The notes beneath the pieces were generated by a model, which was not told the DNA's origin, did no database searches, and saw only the letters and a program-made list of their open reading frames with translations. The translations under genes and the position numbers were made by a program. 64,000 nt of DNA, from NCBI GenBank assembly GCA_012522795.1, contig JAAYJT010000070.1, positions 26,983 through 90,982 of the forward strand. The letters run 5' to 3'. Shown piece by piece: positions 9,275-21,470 of this stretch. Positions within the stretch are counted from its first letter, which is position 1; the number at the start of each line of letters is the position of its first letter. This stretch comes from Bacteroidales bacterium (GTDB taxonomy: Bacteria; Bacteroidota; Bacteroidia; Bacteroidales; JAAYJT01).

Positions 9275-10687
9275 TTATCTTATACCTGAAAGGTCAATAT
9301 CAAAAGATATTTTTCTTTCATCCCTGCAATTAAGAATACACTGATCACAAATTGAGAGTTCGCCTCTCAGGCGTTTTGACACCATTTCGTTTATCCTGTT
9401 CCGTAATGGTTCTATCCTGATCTTATCAATAATGGCTGAAGCAAAGGCATTCATCAAAGCCATACGGGCTACCTCTTCCGATATGCCCCTTGAGCGCATA
9501 TAAAACATTGCTTCATTATCCAACTGCCCCACTGTGGATCCATGACTACATTTTACGTCGTCGGCATAAATTTCAAGCTGAGGATTGGAATCAATTGTAG
9601 CCTTATCAGTTAAAAGAATATTCTGGTTCTTCTGAAAAGCATTGGTTTTCTGAGCATCTTTCCTTACCATAACCAATCCGTTAAACACGCCTGTAGCATG
9701 ATCGTCAAGAATGCCTTTGAAAAGCTGATTACTGTAATTATCAGGCTTTGCATGGTCAACAAGAACATTATTATCAACATGCTGCTCTTTATCAAGAAGA
9801 TAAAGCCCATAAAGCTCTGCATTACAATTCCTGCCGTCAAGCAGGATATTTATATTATTACGTATAGTGCCTGGATTAAGTGTAAGCACATTGGTTAACA
9901 TGTTGCTGTTACTTTTTTGTGTGATCCAGACATTAGTGATCAAAGTTGAATCGTTGTCCTTGTTTTGCAGTTTATAATTTTCAAACTCAGCGTTTTCGTC
10001 AATAAACACTTCTGTCACTGAATTAATCAGACTGTGTTTATGCAGTAGCGAATGATCGCAGTACAGCAATTGAAGTTTACTATTCCTACCAAGGATAATT
10101 AAGTTTCGGGGCTGAATAAATAAGTTTTCCGTCAAATTTATCAGATTGATGATCTGCACCGGCTTATCAACAACAACATTATCCGGAACATATACAAACA
10201 ACCCATCCTGAGCAAATGCAGTGTTCAGGGCTACCAAGCCGTTATTCTGGTATGGGGCAAATTTCCCGTAATATTTTTCAATGATCTCAGGAAATTGAAC
10301 AAATGCACTTGCCAAGCTTCCTACTATCACACCACCAGGCAAATGGTTGATTCCTCCATTTTGATGTACAAACCATCCGTTCAACTGGGCAAACAGGTGG
10401 GATTCAAGTTCATGCACTTCACACATAAACAATTGTCCAACATCAGTAATTTGCTCAAATGGTTCAAAATGATGTACATATTCAAGTTTAAGCGGTTTTG
10501 AAAGGTTGGTATTGCGCCATTTTTCCTGCTTATTGCTAGGGAAACCAACTTTTTCAAATTCCTGTATTGCCTCTTTTCTTAATTGTTTTAAATAAGGATT
10601 ATCGTTGTTGAAGTTTTTTTGAACTGTTTCGTGAAACAACTCCACCATTTTATCCTTAAAACTATATTCTGTCAATATAACATCCAT
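9275..10687 (-). CDS. sufD: Fe-S cluster assembly protein SufD
   Basis: 470 aa, located between sufC and sufS. The C-terminal beta-helix region shows SufB/D-type motifs (LEIYADDVKCSHGSTVGQLD). Confidence 0.85.
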   Translation of the reverse strand: MDVILTEYSFKDKMVELFHETVQKNFNNDNPYLKQLRKEAIQEFEKVGFPSNKQEKWRNTNLSKPLKLEYVHHFEPFEQITDVGQLFMCEVHELESHLFAQLNGWFVHQNGGINHLPGGVIVGSLASAFVQFPEIIEKYYGKFAPYQNNGLVALNTAFAQDGLFVYVPDNVVVDKPVQIINLINLTENLFIQPRNLIILGRNSKLQLLYCDHSLLHKHSLINSVTEVFIDENAEFENYKLQNKDNDSTLITNVWITQKSNSNMLTNVLTLNPGTIRNNINILLDGRNCNAELYGLYLLDKEQHVDNNVLVDHAKPDNYSNQLFKGILDDHATGVFNGLVMVRKDAQKTNAFQKNQNILLTDKATIDSNPQLEIYADDVKCSHGSTVGQLDNEAMFYMRSRGISEEVARMALMNAFASAIIDKIRIEPLRNRINEMVSKRLRGELSICDQCILNCRDERKISFDIDLSGIR

Positions 10688-10738
10688 ATTATCAGATTTT
10701 CCTGGGTTAGCATTAAATCAAGCAAACATCAATTTTCT

Positions 10739-11485
10739 TCAGGTACTTTTTCTTATCCAATCGTAACCTTTTTCTTCAAGCTCAAAGGCTAATTCTTTAC
10801 TACCTGATTTTACAATACGTCCATCAAAGAGTATATGAACAAAATCGGGTATTATATAATCGAGCAGCCTCTGATAATGTGTGATAATAATGAAAGCATT
10901 GTCTTTGCTTCGAAGTTCGTTTACTCCCTTTGCCACAACACGAAGCGCATCAATATCCAGACCTGAATCAGTTTCGTCAAGTATGGCTAATCGGGGTTGC
11001 AGCATTGCCATCTGAAAAATCTCATTCTTTTTCTTTTCTCCTCCTGAGAATCCTTCATTTACTGAACGACTGGTCATATTGCTGTGAACATCAAGCATTT
11101 TTTTTGCTTCATTCATTTTTGCCAAGAATTCAGGAGCGGGAATAGGGTCAAGCCCTTTATATTTTCGTTGTTCGTTAATAGCGGTTCGTAAAAAGTTGAC
11201 GATGCTTACTCCCGGAATTTCAACAGGGTACTGAAATCCAAGAAATATTCCTTCGCAGGCGCGCTGCTCAACAGAAAGATCAAACAAATTCTTGCCATCA
11301 AATAAAACCTGCCCTCCGCTTACTTCAAAGACATCTCTTCCGGCAATAATTGAAGCAAGGGTACTTTTCCCTGTTCCGTTAGGGCCCATTATAGCATGAA
11401 CTTCACCTGCCATTACCTCAAGATTTATTTCCTTGAGAATTTCCTTACCATTTATTGATACTTTTAAGTCTCTTATACTTAGCAT
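10739..11485 (-). CDS. sufC: Fe-S cluster assembly ATPase SufC
   Basis: Walker A GPNGTGKST, ABC signature FSGGEKKK and Walker B AILDETDSGLD. The ORF-track start at 11563 is TTG. The ATG at 11485 gives the canonical MLSIRDLKV N-terminus. Confidence 0.9.
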   Translation of the reverse strand: MLSIRDLKVSINGKEILKEINLEVMAGEVHAIMGPNGTGKSTLASIIAGRDVFEVSGGQVLFDGKNLFDLSVEQRACEGIFLGFQYPVEIPGVSIVNFLRTAINEQRKYKGLDPIPAPEFLAKMNEAKKMLDVHSNMTSRSVNEGFSGGEKKKNEIFQMAMLQPRLAILDETDSGLDIDALRVVAKGVNELRSKDNAFIIITHYQRLLDYIIPDFVHILFDGRIVKSGSKELAFELEEKGYDWIRKST

Positions 11486-11564
11486 TTTAATTAATTTAAA
11501 ATTTAATCCTGAACAACATATCTTTTTTATCAACTCACTTTTTAAAAAATCAAAAGACACCAAT

Positions 11565-13013
11565 TTATCCTACACTTCCCTCAAGGCTGACAGCCAGAAG
11601 CTTTTGTGCTTCAACTGCAAATTCCATAGGTAAATGTTTAAGCACTTCCTTGGCATAACCATTTACAATCAGTGCAATAGCATTTTCAGTATCAATACCT
11701 CTCTGTTTACAGTAAAACAACTGATCTTCTGATATTTTTGAGGTAGTTGCTTCGTGCTCTATAATTGATGAGGAATTTTCATTATGGATATACGGAAATG
11801 TATGAGCCCCGCATTTATCGCCCAGCAGAAGCGAATCGCACTGAGTGAAATTCCTGGCATTTACAGCACGTTTTATTACTTTGACCAAGCCGCGGTAGCT
11901 ATTATTGCTTTTTCCTGCCGAAATTCCTTTTGAAATAATAGTACTTCGTGTGTTCTTGCCAATATGTATCATTTTGGTTCCGGTATCAGCCTGCTGATGA
12001 TTATTGGTAACGGCTACTGAATAGAACTCTCCGATGGAGTTATCGCCCTGGAGTATTACACTTGGGTATTTCCAGGTGATAGCCGAGCCTGTTTCCACCT
12101 GGGTCCATGAGATTTTTGAATTATTTCCCTTACAAATACCGCGTTTGGTAACAAAATTATATACTCCTCCTTCACCATTTTTATTTCCCGGATACCAGTT
12201 TTGTACAGTTGAGTATTTCACTTCAGCATCTTTCATTGCAATGATCTCAACAATTGCTGCATGTAACTGATTTTCAGAACGCGCAGGCGCGGTACATCCT
12301 TCCAGATAACTAACATAACTGCCTTCCTCGGCTATAATGAGTGTGCGTTCAAACTGACCAGTATTTGCAGCATTGATACGAAAATAAGTGGATAGCTCAA
12401 GCGGGCATCTTACTCCTTTGGGAATAAAGCAAAATGAACCATCAGAAAAAACAGCAGAATTCAATGCAGCGAAATAATTATCATCAGGAGGAACAACTGT
12501 TGCCATATATTTCTCAACCAGATCGGGGTGGTTTTGAACCGCTTCGCTGAACGAACAAAAGATAATTCCATGTTTGGCAAGTGTTTCCTGGAAAGTTGTT
12601 TTCACCGAAACGCTGTCAATTACAGCATCAACAGCTACACCTGTCAAGCGTTTTTGTTCATCAAGCGAAATACCAAGCTTGTTAAAAGTTTCTATAAGCT
12701 CAGGATCCACCTGATCAAGACTTTCAAGCTCAGGTTTCTTCTTTGGAGCGGCATAATAAATAATGTCCTGATAATCAATGGAAGGATATTTTAAATGTGC
12801 CCAATCAGGCTCTTTCATGGTTAACCATTTACGATAAGCATTTAGCCGGAACTCAAGCATAAAAGGCGGTTCATTCTTCTTTGCCGACAATGCCCGTATA
12901 GTATCTTCATTCAATCCTTTTGGAAATATATCCATTTCCAGATCGGTGTAAAAACCATATTTGTATTCCTGACTGGTAACTTCGTCTAATATATTTTGCT
13001 GGTCATTGCTCAT
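11565..13013 (-). CDS. sufB: Fe-S cluster assembly scaffold SufB
   Basis: 482 aa. Highly conserved SufB strings are present: [47 protein letters not shown]. Confidence 0.92.
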   Translation of the reverse strand: MSNDQQNILDEVTSQEYKYGFYTDLEMDIFPKGLNEDTIRALSAKKNEPPFMLEFRLNAYRKWLTMKEPDWAHLKYPSIDYQDIIYYAAPKKKPELESLDQVDPELIETFNKLGISLDEQKRLTGVAVDAVIDSVSVKTTFQETLAKHGIIFCSFSEAVQNHPDLVEKYMATVVPPDDNYFAALNSAVFSDGSFCFIPKGVRCPLELSTYFRINAANTGQFERTLIIAEEGSYVSYLEGCTAPARSENQLHAAIVEIIAMKDAEVKYSTVQNWYPGNKNGEGGVYNFVTKRGICKGNNSKISWTQVETGSAITWKYPSVILQGDNSIGEFYSVAVTNNHQQADTGTKMIHIGKNTRSTIISKGISAGKSNNSYRGLVKVIKRAVNARNFTQCDSLLLGDKCGAHTFPYIHNENSSSIIEHEATTSKISEDQLFYCKQRGIDTENAIALIVNGYAKEVLKHLPMEFAVEAQKLLAVSLEGSVG

Positions 13014-13352
13014 TCTGTAAGGTTTATACAGTTACTTAATTAGATTGAATTTAATTAGCAAAAGTAGTAATTAAATCCGTGCTGCAAACAAATAATTGCT
13101 TTCAGCATAATCGAAATATGCTATAATTCAACAATTTAATAACAAAAAAGTTCTGTATTATCAAGGGTTCTGAAAGAAATGAAAATTAAACGGAAGTTCA
13201 ACAAAATCATGTTTTTATTGACATAAATTACATATGAACCAAGAAAATATGACGGACTTAACAAAAAATAAATCCTTTCCTGATTCTTTCCAAAAATAAT
13301 GCTATTGACTAAAACACAACATTTTAGATGAGTTTAACCATTTGTAGTATGA

Positions 13353-13823
13353 TTACATCTCTTTTTTCTGATTCTGGCTAAGCAAATATATTTCAATATC
13401 CTGCAATATATGATTAATCCTTTTTGAAGCCTGGGGCTTAATTTGCTGCACCAGAGTAACTTCCGGAATATTTTTAAAAGTTCTCATCAGGTCTTTAATA
13501 TCCAGAAGGCTCGGAAATTCATCAATAAAGAAAAAATAGTCAATCGGCTGAAGGTCAGCAAAAAGTATATCTTTATTCGGATTTTTATTAGGGATCAGGA
13601 TCCAATTGTTTTTATACTGCTCACTGTAATATCTGAATAGCGGAAAATGCTGAACCTCATGAGCTTTTACTGCCATAACAGATATATCGCTTCCTCTTTT
13701 CAAACCAATATTAAGGGCATTGTTTATATGAAAGCACAATTTATAATCAACCAGTCGGGAAACTACCCCTATGATCGTGAAATTGTCGGATTCACCTGTA
13801 AATATCTTGTGTTTTTTAATCAT
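13353..13823 (-). CDS. Small conserved Bacteroidota protein, IPExxxVDY-family-like (function unknown)
   Basis: From memory it resembles this family: F.IIG..S.L.DYKL.F.IN N-terminal pattern and a degenerate LQPIDYFFFI motif. The call rests on recollection only. Confidence 0.5.
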   Translation of the reverse strand: MIKKHKIFTGESDNFTIIGVVSRLVDYKLCFHINNALNIGLKRGSDISVMAVKAHEVQHFPLFRYYSEQYKNNWILIPNKNPNKDILFADLQPIDYFFFIDEFPSLLDIKDLMRTFKNIPEVTLVQQIKPQASKRINHILQDIEIYLLSQNQKKEM

Positions 13824-13871
13824 CGGTCATAAAAATACAAAACCGGATATGAATATCAAATAATAAGCAAC

Positions 13872-15779
13872 TTACTTTTTATCAGGAAACAAATCAAAAA
13901 CAGCTTTTAAAATACCATCAGTATCAAAACCACATTCACGCTGTAATTCCTCAATACTGCCATGCTCAATAAATCTATCGGGGATTCCAAGTCTTACAAC
14001 TGTAGCTTTATAATTATTATTAGTCATAAACCCAATTACCGTACTGCCCAGTCCTCCATTAACGGTACCATCTTCAACAGTAATGACTTTTCTGAATTTA
14101 CGAAATACCTGATGCAGGATATCTTCATCAATTGGCTTCAGAAAAAGCATATTGTAATGAGCCGCAGTAATGCCTGAACCAATCAATCTCTCTTTAACGG
14201 TTTTAATATAATTACCTACATGACCAATGGTAAGAATAGCAAGATCGTCGCCATCAGAAACCATGCTGCCTTTTCCTGTTTCCAGATACTTAAATGGTGT
14301 TTCCCATTCTGTCATTACGCCGTTTCCTCTTGGGTAGCGTATTACAAAAGGTCCGATTTTAATTGACTGTGCTGTAAACATCAGATTGCGCAATTCTTCC
14401 TCGTTAATAGGTGAAGAGATGATCATATTTGGAATAGCATTAAAATAAGCCAGATCATAAGCTCCGTGATGAGTTGCACCGTCTTCGCCGACCAAACCTC
14501 CCCGATCAAGACAGAATATGACAGGCAATTTCTGTAAAGCCACATCATGAATTACCTGATCATAAGCCCGTTGCATAAAACTCGAATAAATATTGCAATA
14601 AGGAACCATACCTCCGGCAGCCAAACCGGCTGAAAAAGTAACTGCGTGTTGCTCGGCAATACCCACATCAAAAACTCTTTCAGGCATCTTCTCCATCATA
14701 TAGGTAAGAGAGCAACCTGTTGGCATTGCAGGGGTTATTGCTACAATTTTGTCATTCTGACTGGCAAGTTCAAGAATTGTTTTGCCAAAAACATCCTGGT
14801 ATTTTGGAGGTGTGCCTTCGCATTGATTAGAAATCAACGAACCTGTGTTGCGATCAAACTGCCCGGGTGCATGAAAGGTTGTTTGATCTTTTTCGGCAAA
14901 TGAAAAACCCTTGCCTTTTTTAGTAATAACATGTAAAAGTTTGGGTCCCGGAATATTTTTAAGATCACTAAGTAACTGTGTTAACCTTATCACATCATGA
15001 CCATCCACCGGACCAAAATACCTGAAATTAAAGGCTTCAAACAAATTGCTCCGCCGGAATATTGTTGATTTTAAAGCATTTCCAACCTGCTTGATAATAG
15101 CACGTGAGTTCTTGCCATAGGTACTTTTCCCTCCAAACATCAGCCACACTCTGTCCTTTAGCTTATTATAGGTTTGTGAGGTAACAATATCAGTAAGATA
15201 TTCCTTAATAGCCCCAACGTTTTTGTCAATTGCTATTCCATTGTCATTAAGTATTACCAGTAGGTTCGATTTTGAAACACCTGCATTATTAAGTCCTTCC
15301 AGAGCCATTCCAGCGGACATTGAACCATCACCGATTATAGCAACATGATTACGGTCAGTTTCTTTTAAAAACCCTGAGGCAAGAGCCATTCCAAGTGCTG
15401 CTGATATAGAAGTAGAGGAATGTCCGGTACCAAAGGCATCGTATTCACTTTCTTCTCTTCTCGGGAATCCGCTGATACCTTTATATGATCTGTTAGTATG
15501 AAATAAATCGCGTCTGCCGGTAAGTATTTTATGAGCATAAGCCTGATGCCCAACATCCCAGATAAGGCGGTCGTAAGGAGTATTATAAACGTAATGCAGA
15601 GCCACTGCAAGTTCTACAACCCCTAGGCTTGCCCCTAAATGTCCGGGTTTAAAGGAAGTTACATCTATTATAAACTGCCTTAACTCATTGCACAATTCAG
15701 GTAAGCGCTCCTTGTCAAGAAGCTTGAGATCAGCAGGCTGCTGAATTGATGCCAGTAATTTCCCGACTTCTGTAGTCAT
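13872..15779 (-). CDS. dxs: 1-deoxy-D-xylulose-5-phosphate synthase
   Basis: 635 aa. Contains GHLGASLGVVEL, DVGHQAYAHKILTGRR, the ThDP-binding IGDGSMSAGMALEGLNNAG motif and a transketolase-like C-terminus. Confidence 0.92.
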   Translation of the reverse strand: MTTEVGKLLASIQQPADLKLLDKERLPELCNELRQFIIDVTSFKPGHLGASLGVVELAVALHYVYNTPYDRLIWDVGHQAYAHKILTGRRDLFHTNRSYKGISGFPRREESEYDAFGTGHSSTSISAALGMALASGFLKETDRNHVAIIGDGSMSAGMALEGLNNAGVSKSNLLVILNDNGIAIDKNVGAIKEYLTDIVTSQTYNKLKDRVWLMFGGKSTYGKNSRAIIKQVGNALKSTIFRRSNLFEAFNFRYFGPVDGHDVIRLTQLLSDLKNIPGPKLLHVITKKGKGFSFAEKDQTTFHAPGQFDRNTGSLISNQCEGTPPKYQDVFGKTILELASQNDKIVAITPAMPTGCSLTYMMEKMPERVFDVGIAEQHAVTFSAGLAAGGMVPYCNIYSSFMQRAYDQVIHDVALQKLPVIFCLDRGGLVGEDGATHHGAYDLAYFNAIPNMIISSPINEEELRNLMFTAQSIKIGPFVIRYPRGNGVMTEWETPFKYLETGKGSMVSDGDDLAILTIGHVGNYIKTVKERLIGSGITAAHYNMLFLKPIDEDILHQVFRKFRKVITVEDGTVNGGLGSTVIGFMTNNNYKATVVRLGIPDRFIEHGSIEELQRECGFDTDGILKAVFDLFPDKK

Positions 15780-16115
15780 AAATCTTAATTGGTTTTTACA
15801 ATTACTGTTGCAGCAAAATTAATACATTTGATAAAAATGCAATTTATTCAAACAAAGCCATTAGCCTGAAAGCTATATTTCAAACCTATCCTATTATTAT
15901 GCTGTGTTTTATTGATTAACAAAAAATCCACTGAATTATTTTACAACGTAAGTCTGTTTTTGCCCCGGTAGTTAACGAAAACTGAACTTTTAATCCTTTT
16001 TATAACAATGTATAAACTACAAGGCAGGTATCAGCTTCCTTTAATTTTTCTATTTTTGCGCCTGCCAGATTTCCGGGGCATTATTCAGTTACTTAATCAT
16101 AACAAGGAAAGGAAA

Positions 16116-18908
16116 ATGGACTATAATTTTAATGAGATAGAAAAAAAATGGCAGCAATACTGGAAGGAAAAAGAAACTTACAGGGTTGATATTGACCACA
16201 ATAAACCCAAGTATTATGTTCTCGACATGTTTCCATATCCGTCAGGAGCGGGACTACACGTAGGGCATCCACTTGGTTATATTGCTTCTGATATTTATTC
16301 GCGGTACAAGCGCCTGAAAGGATTCAACGTGCTGCATCCTATGGGTTTTGATGCTTATGGCTTGCCTGCCGAACAATATGCTATTCAAACAGGGCAACAT
16401 CCGGCAATCACTACTGAGAAAAACATAAATCGCTATAAAGAACAGCTTGAAAGAATCGGGTTCAGTTACGACTGGAGTCGGGAAGTACAAACATGTGATC
16501 CTAAATATTATAAATGGACTCAATGGACTTTTATTAAGCTTTTTAATTCATGGTATAATAATATTTCCAATAAGGCTGAATCTATTGAAACCCTTATTTC
16601 TGAGTTTGAACGAAATGGAAATGCTAAAATAAAAGCCGCTACATCAGAAAAAAACATTTTCACATCTGATGAGTGGTTAAACATGACTGAAGCAGAGCGT
16701 CAGAATATCCTGATGAACTACAGGCTGGCATATCTGGCTGAAACAATGGTGAACTGGTGTCCTGAACTTGGAACTGTACTGGCTAATGATGAAGTAAGCA
16801 ATGGTTATTCAGTTCGTGGTGGACATCTGGTTGAACGCAAAATGATGCGTCAGTGGCAATTACGCATCACTGCCTACGCTCAGCGACTTAATGAGGGGCT
16901 GGATAGAATTGACTGGTCAGAATCCCTGAAGGAGATACAGCGTAACTGGATAGGACGTTCAGAAGGAGCAGTGATGTATTTCCCGGTTGAAAGCAATACA
17001 GGGAAAAAACTGGAAATTGAGATTTTTACAACACGGCCTGATACTATTTTTGGTGCTACCTATATGGTTCTGGCACCTGAACATGAACTTGTTGATAAAA
17101 TTAAAACTCCTGAACATACTCAGACGGTTGATGATTATGTTTACTGGGCTAAAAACCGAAGTGACAGGGAACGCATGGCCGAAGTAAAAAAGGTAAGCGG
17201 AGTTTTTACAGGAGCCTATGCTATTAATCCTTTGAATCAGGAAAAAATTCCAGTTTGGATTGCCGATTATGTACTTATGAGCTATGGTTCTGGAGCTATA
17301 ATGGCTGTTCCGGGTCACGACAATCGTGATTTTGCGTTTGCACGACATTTTAATTTGCCTATTATTCAGGTTATTTGCCGCGATGGAGAATCTCCGTCAG
17401 ATACTGCATCATGGGAAGAATCTTATGATGCAATGGAAGGAGTAGTTGTAAATTCAGGATTTATAACAGGCTTGAGTGTTGAAGAAGGTATCAGGAAAAT
17501 AATTGAAAGAATTGAAAAAAGCGGTGTAGGATACGGAACAGTAAATTACCGTCTGCATGATGCCATATTCAGCCGACAACGATACTGGGGTGAGCCTTTC
17601 CCGATATACTACAAAGATGATATCCCATATACATTACCAGAGGATTCATTACCTCTTGAGCTTCCTGAAATAGATGCATATCTGCCAACAGAAACTGGTG
17701 AACCGCCTTTGGCCCGTGCCAAAAACTGGAAGAACAAAGATGGTTATCCGCTGGAAACCAATACAATGCCGGGGTTTGCAGGATCAAGCGGGTATTATCT
17801 GCGTTATATGGACCCATGGAATGACAATGAATATTTCTCAAAAGAAAGCAATGATTACTGGCAAAACGTTGATCTGTACATTGGCGGAGCCGAACATGCA
17901 ACAGGGCATCTGATATATGCCAGATTCTGGAACAAGTTTTTGTACGATCTCGGTTTAGTATGCAAAGATGAGCCTTTCCAGAAATTGGTAAACCAGGGAA
18001 TGATACAGGGCAGATCAAACTTTGTTTATAAACTAAAGAACGCCAAAGTTTTTGTTTCTCACGGTTTGAAAAACGATGACGAAGTAATCCCAATGCATGT
18101 TGAAGTAAGTCTTGTTGAGAACGACATTCTTGATATTGAGGCATTTTGCAAATGGAGACCAGAATTTGTTGATGCTGAGTTCATACTTGAAAACGGCAAG
18201 TATATCTGCGGATGGGAAGTTGAAAAAATGTCGAAATCAAAATACAATGTTGTGAATCCTGATGATCTGATTGACAAATATGGTGCGGACACCCTGAGGC
18301 TGTACGAAATGTTCCTGGGCCCATTGGAACAATCAAAACCATGGGATACCAACGGCATTGAAGGAGTATTTCGCTTTATACGTAAACTATGGCGCTTATT
18401 CCACGATAATGACAATAATTACAATGTGAGTGAGGAGGAACCCACTGAAAAGGAATTGAAAATACTTCACAAAACCATTAAAAAAGTTGGCGAAGACATT
18501 GAACGGTTTTCGTTTAATACTTCAGTGAGTTCATTTATGATCTGCGTAAATGACCTTGCCGAGCAAAAATGCAATAAAAAAGCTATCCTTCAGCAACTTG
18601 TAATCCTCATTTCGCCTTATGCACCACATTTGGCTGAAGAATTATGGCATAAGATGGGTAATACTGAAAGTGTTTATAATGCTGTTTTCCCGGAATATGA
18701 TGAAAAACATCTTGTTGAAAACACTTTTGAATATCCGGTTTCATTTAACGGGAAAATGCGTTTTAAGATTGATCTCCCCCTCGATATGCCGGTTCCGGAA
18801 ATTGAAAAAGCCGTGCTTGAAGCTAATGAATCAGCTAAATGGCTTGAAGGCAAAACCCCTAGAAAAATCATTGTTGTTCAGGGCAGGATCATTAATGTTG
18901 TAATATGA
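16116..18908 (+). CDS. leuS: Leucine--tRNA ligase
   Basis: Class I aaRS HIGH-type motif ([10 protein letters not shown]) and KMSKS (EKMSKSKYN). The canonical N-terminus [16 protein letters not shown] starts at the ATG at 16116. The 36-codon upstream extension from 16008 looks non-coding. Confidence 0.92.
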   Translation: MDYNFNEIEKKWQQYWKEKETYRVDIDHNKPKYYVLDMFPYPSGAGLHVGHPLGYIASDIYSRYKRLKGFNVLHPMGFDAYGLPAEQYAIQTGQHPAITTEKNINRYKEQLERIGFSYDWSREVQTCDPKYYKWTQWTFIKLFNSWYNNISNKAESIETLISEFERNGNAKIKAATSEKNIFTSDEWLNMTEAERQNILMNYRLAYLAETMVNWCPELGTVLANDEVSNGYSVRGGHLVERKMMRQWQLRITAYAQRLNEGLDRIDWSESLKEIQRNWIGRSEGAVMYFPVESNTGKKLEIEIFTTRPDTIFGATYMVLAPEHELVDKIKTPEHTQTVDDYVYWAKNRSDRERMAEVKKVSGVFTGAYAINPLNQEKIPVWIADYVLMSYGSGAIMAVPGHDNRDFAFARHFNLPIIQVICRDGESPSDTASWEESYDAMEGVVVNSGFITGLSVEEGIRKIIERIEKSGVGYGTVNYRLHDAIFSRQRYWGEPFPIYYKDDIPYTLPEDSLPLELPEIDAYLPTETGEPPLARAKNWKNKDGYPLETNTMPGFAGSSGYYLRYMDPWNDNEYFSKESNDYWQNVDLYIGGAEHATGHLIYARFWNKFLYDLGLVCKDEPFQKLVNQGMIQGRSNFVYKLKNAKVFVSHGLKNDDEVIPMHVEVSLVENDILDIEAFCKWRPEFVDAEFILENGKYICGWEVEKMSKSKYNVVNPDDLIDKYGADTLRLYEMFLGPLEQSKPWDTNGIEGVFRFIRKLWRLFHDNDNNYNVSEEEPTEKELKILHKTIKKVGEDIERFSFNTSVSSFMICVNDLAEQKCNKKAILQQLVILISPYAPHLAEELWHKMGNTESVYNAVFPEYDEKHLVENTFEYPVSFNGKMRFKIDLPLDMPVPEIEKAVLEANESAKWLEGKTPRKIIVVQGRIINVVI

Positions 18909-19095
18909 TAAATTGACTGACGATATTGTTAGTTAATTATTTTGCTGTTCCTGCATTATTATAAAAATAATGGTATTAATTTTGCAAATCATAACCAAAA
19001 AGTAGAATTCAGGTTAGTTAGTTCACATTAGATTTACGAATCCAGGTTAATTAGTTTTAGGAATTATTGAGTAATCATATTAACTTAATCCCGAA

Positions 19096-20487
19096 ATGAA
19101 GAACAAGTATATTGACCTCATTGAACAGACTTTTGACTTTCCGACTGAGGAATTCAAAGTAATTGATGATGAATTGTATTTCAATGATATACCAATGATG
19201 GATATCATTAAGCAATATGGAACACCTGTAAAGCTTACATATCTGCCAAAAATAGGCAAGCAGATACAGAAAGCCAGGCGCTTGTTCAATGTTGCTATGG
19301 CAAAGGTTGACTACGAAGGTGAATATCATTACTGCCTTTGTACAAAAAGCTCACATTTTTCTTTTATTCTGGAGGAAGTGTTGAAAAATGATGCTCACAT
19401 CGAAACCTCATCGGCTTTTGATATTAATATTATTGAGCAGCTTTATGAAGAAGGGAAATTCAAGAAGGACAACTATATAATCTGTAATGGTTTTAAGCGA
19501 CCGCAATATATTGAAAACATCATCAATCTCATTGAAAACGACTTTGTCAACACCATTCCAATTATTGACAACCTTGGAGAAATTGATCATTATGAAGAAA
19601 GACTGACTAAAAAATGTAAGCTTGGAATCAGAATTGCTTCTGAAGAAGAACCAAGATTTGAGTTTTATACTTCAAGGCTGGGAGTCAGATATAATGATAT
19701 TATCCCGTTTTATGAAGCAAAAATAAAAGATAACCCCAAGTTTGAACTAACAATGCTCCATTTCTTTATTAATACAGGTATCCGCGATAATGCCTATTAT
19801 TGGAATGAGCTTCTAAAATGTGTAAACGTATATTGTGACCTAAAGAAAATATGCCCCGAACTAACATCACTTAACATCGGAGGAGGCTTCCCGATAAAGA
19901 ATTCCTTATCGTTTAACTATGACTATGAATACATGGCTGAAGAAATCGTATCGCAGATAAAAGCTGCATGTATTCGCAATGAAGTTCCTGAACCTGATAT
20001 ATTTACTGAGTTTGGTTCATATACAGTTGGTGAAAGCGGGGCTGTATTATATTCAATAATTGACCAGAAGCGCCAGAACGATCGTGAGGTATGGAATATG
20101 ATTGATAGCTCCTTTATGACTACTTTACCTGATACCTGGGCAGCTCACCAGCGCTTTATACTTCTGGCTATTAACAATTGGGATAAAGAATATGAACGTA
20201 TTTTTCTTGGAGGACTTACCTGCGACAGTCAGGATTATTATAATTCAGAAGCACATGCAAATGCTATATTCCTTCCAAAAATATCAAATGGGAAAACACA
20301 ATATATAGGTTTGTTCCATACCGGAGCTTATCAGGAATCTATCGGCGGTTACGGCGGTATTCAGCATTGTCTTATTCCGGCTCCCAAACATATTATTATT
20401 GATGTGGACGAAGAAGGAGAATATTTCACCAAGCTCTTTGGTAAAGAGCAGAGCTACAAGTCAATGCTTAAGATTTTAGGGTATTAA
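19096..20487 (+). CDS. Type III (alanine-racemase-fold) PLP-dependent decarboxylase, arginine decarboxylase-like
   Basis: Orn/DAP/Arg decarboxylase-like pattern (LNIGGGFP, GG.TCDS...). It is the first gene of an operon with agmatinase, which supports arginine as the substrate. Confidence 0.7.
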   Translation: MKNKYIDLIEQTFDFPTEEFKVIDDELYFNDIPMMDIIKQYGTPVKLTYLPKIGKQIQKARRLFNVAMAKVDYEGEYHYCLCTKSSHFSFILEEVLKNDAHIETSSAFDINIIEQLYEEGKFKKDNYIICNGFKRPQYIENIINLIENDFVNTIPIIDNLGEIDHYEERLTKKCKLGIRIASEEEPRFEFYTSRLGVRYNDIIPFYEAKIKDNPKFELTMLHFFINTGIRDNAYYWNELLKCVNVYCDLKKICPELTSLNIGGGFPIKNSLSFNYDYEYMAEEIVSQIKAACIRNEVPEPDIFTEFGSYTVGESGAVLYSIIDQKRQNDREVWNMIDSSFMTTLPDTWAAHQRFILLAINNWDKEYERIFLGGLTCDSQDYYNSEAHANAIFLPKISNGKTQYIGLFHTGAYQESIGGYGGIQHCLIPAPKHIIIDVDEEGEYFTKLFGKEQSYKSMLKILGY

Positions 20488-20577
20488 TTGAAATATTTGT
20501 AATTTTACCAATTCATTTGGCAATATCTGCCATATGGCAGATATTAATTCGCAGTATTAACCAAAAACCTTAAAACC

Positions 20578-21441
20578 ATGAATTTTGGAGATTTACCTGA
20601 ACAATATTCAACACTGGGATCATCAAAGATTGTTGTCCTGCCCGTACCTTACGATGGCACAAGTACATGGATAAAAGGTGCTGACAAAGGACCTCAGGCT
20701 ATTATTGAGGCTTCCGGAAATATGGAAATTTATGATATTGAAACCGATAGCGAAGTACATCTTCTCGGCATACATACTGCCGATCCGGTTTTGGAAAATA
20801 AAAGTCCGGAAGATATGACCAAAGCAGTTTATAAGGAAGTTAAAAAGCTGCTGGGCAGGAATAAATTTGTAGTTACCATTGGTGGAGAACATTCAATAAG
20901 CATTGGTGCTATTCAGGCTCATACCGAAAAATTCACCGACCTGACCATAATCCAGATTGATGCTCATGCCGATTTGCGGGACGAATATCTTGGTTCAAAA
21001 TACAATCATGCCTGTGTAATGGCAAGAGCACGGGAATTTGCACCTACCGTTCAGATTGGTATTCGGAGTATGAGCGTGGAAGAAAGTTTTGTAACTGAAC
21101 CCGGGCGGATCTTTTATGCCAGAGATATAAATCAGGGGGAAACATGGAAATACGATATGCTTAGCGTGCTTAGCAACAATGTTTATATCACTTTCGACCT
21201 TGATGCACTTGATCCTTCAATAATGCCATCAACCGGAACCCCTGAACCGGGAGGATTACACTGGTTCGAAGCCATTGAAATACTAAGGAGAATAAGCGAA
21301 AGGTCAAAAATTGTCGGATTCGATGTTGTGGAATTATGCCCGAATCCTGCTTCAAAAGCTTCGGATTTCCTGGCAGCAAAACTTATTTATAAATTGCTGA
21401 CATATTCATTTATTGACCAGATCCCAAAACAAGGAAAGTAA
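20578..21441 (+). CDS. speB: Agmatinase (ureohydrolase family)
   Basis: Mn-binding ureohydrolase motifs GGEHSIS, IQIDAHADLRD, ITFDLDALDPS and DVVELCP. Confidence 0.85.
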   Translation: MNFGDLPEQYSTLGSSKIVVLPVPYDGTSTWIKGADKGPQAIIEASGNMEIYDIETDSEVHLLGIHTADPVLENKSPEDMTKAVYKEVKKLLGRNKFVVTIGGEHSISIGAIQAHTEKFTDLTIIQIDAHADLRDEYLGSKYNHACVMARAREFAPTVQIGIRSMSVEESFVTEPGRIFYARDINQGETWKYDMLSVLSNNVYITFDLDALDPSIMPSTGTPEPGGLHWFEAIEILRRISERSKIVGFDVVELCPNPASKASDFLAAKLIYKLLTYSFIDQIPKQGK

Positions 21442-21470
21442 TTATTCATTAAATAAAATTAAATAGAAAA

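Noticed and set aside
16008-16115. 36-codon N-terminal extension of leuS offered by the ORF track
   Set aside because: The extension ([24 protein letters not shown]...) has no counterpart in LeuRS. The canonical N-terminus begins at the ATG at 16116.
17569-18144. 191-aa antisense ORF inside leuS, and similar long antisense ORFs (e.g. 47254-47775 and 1450-1860)
   Set aside because: All lie opposite strongly supported conserved genes and show no motifs. They are typical shadow ORFs.
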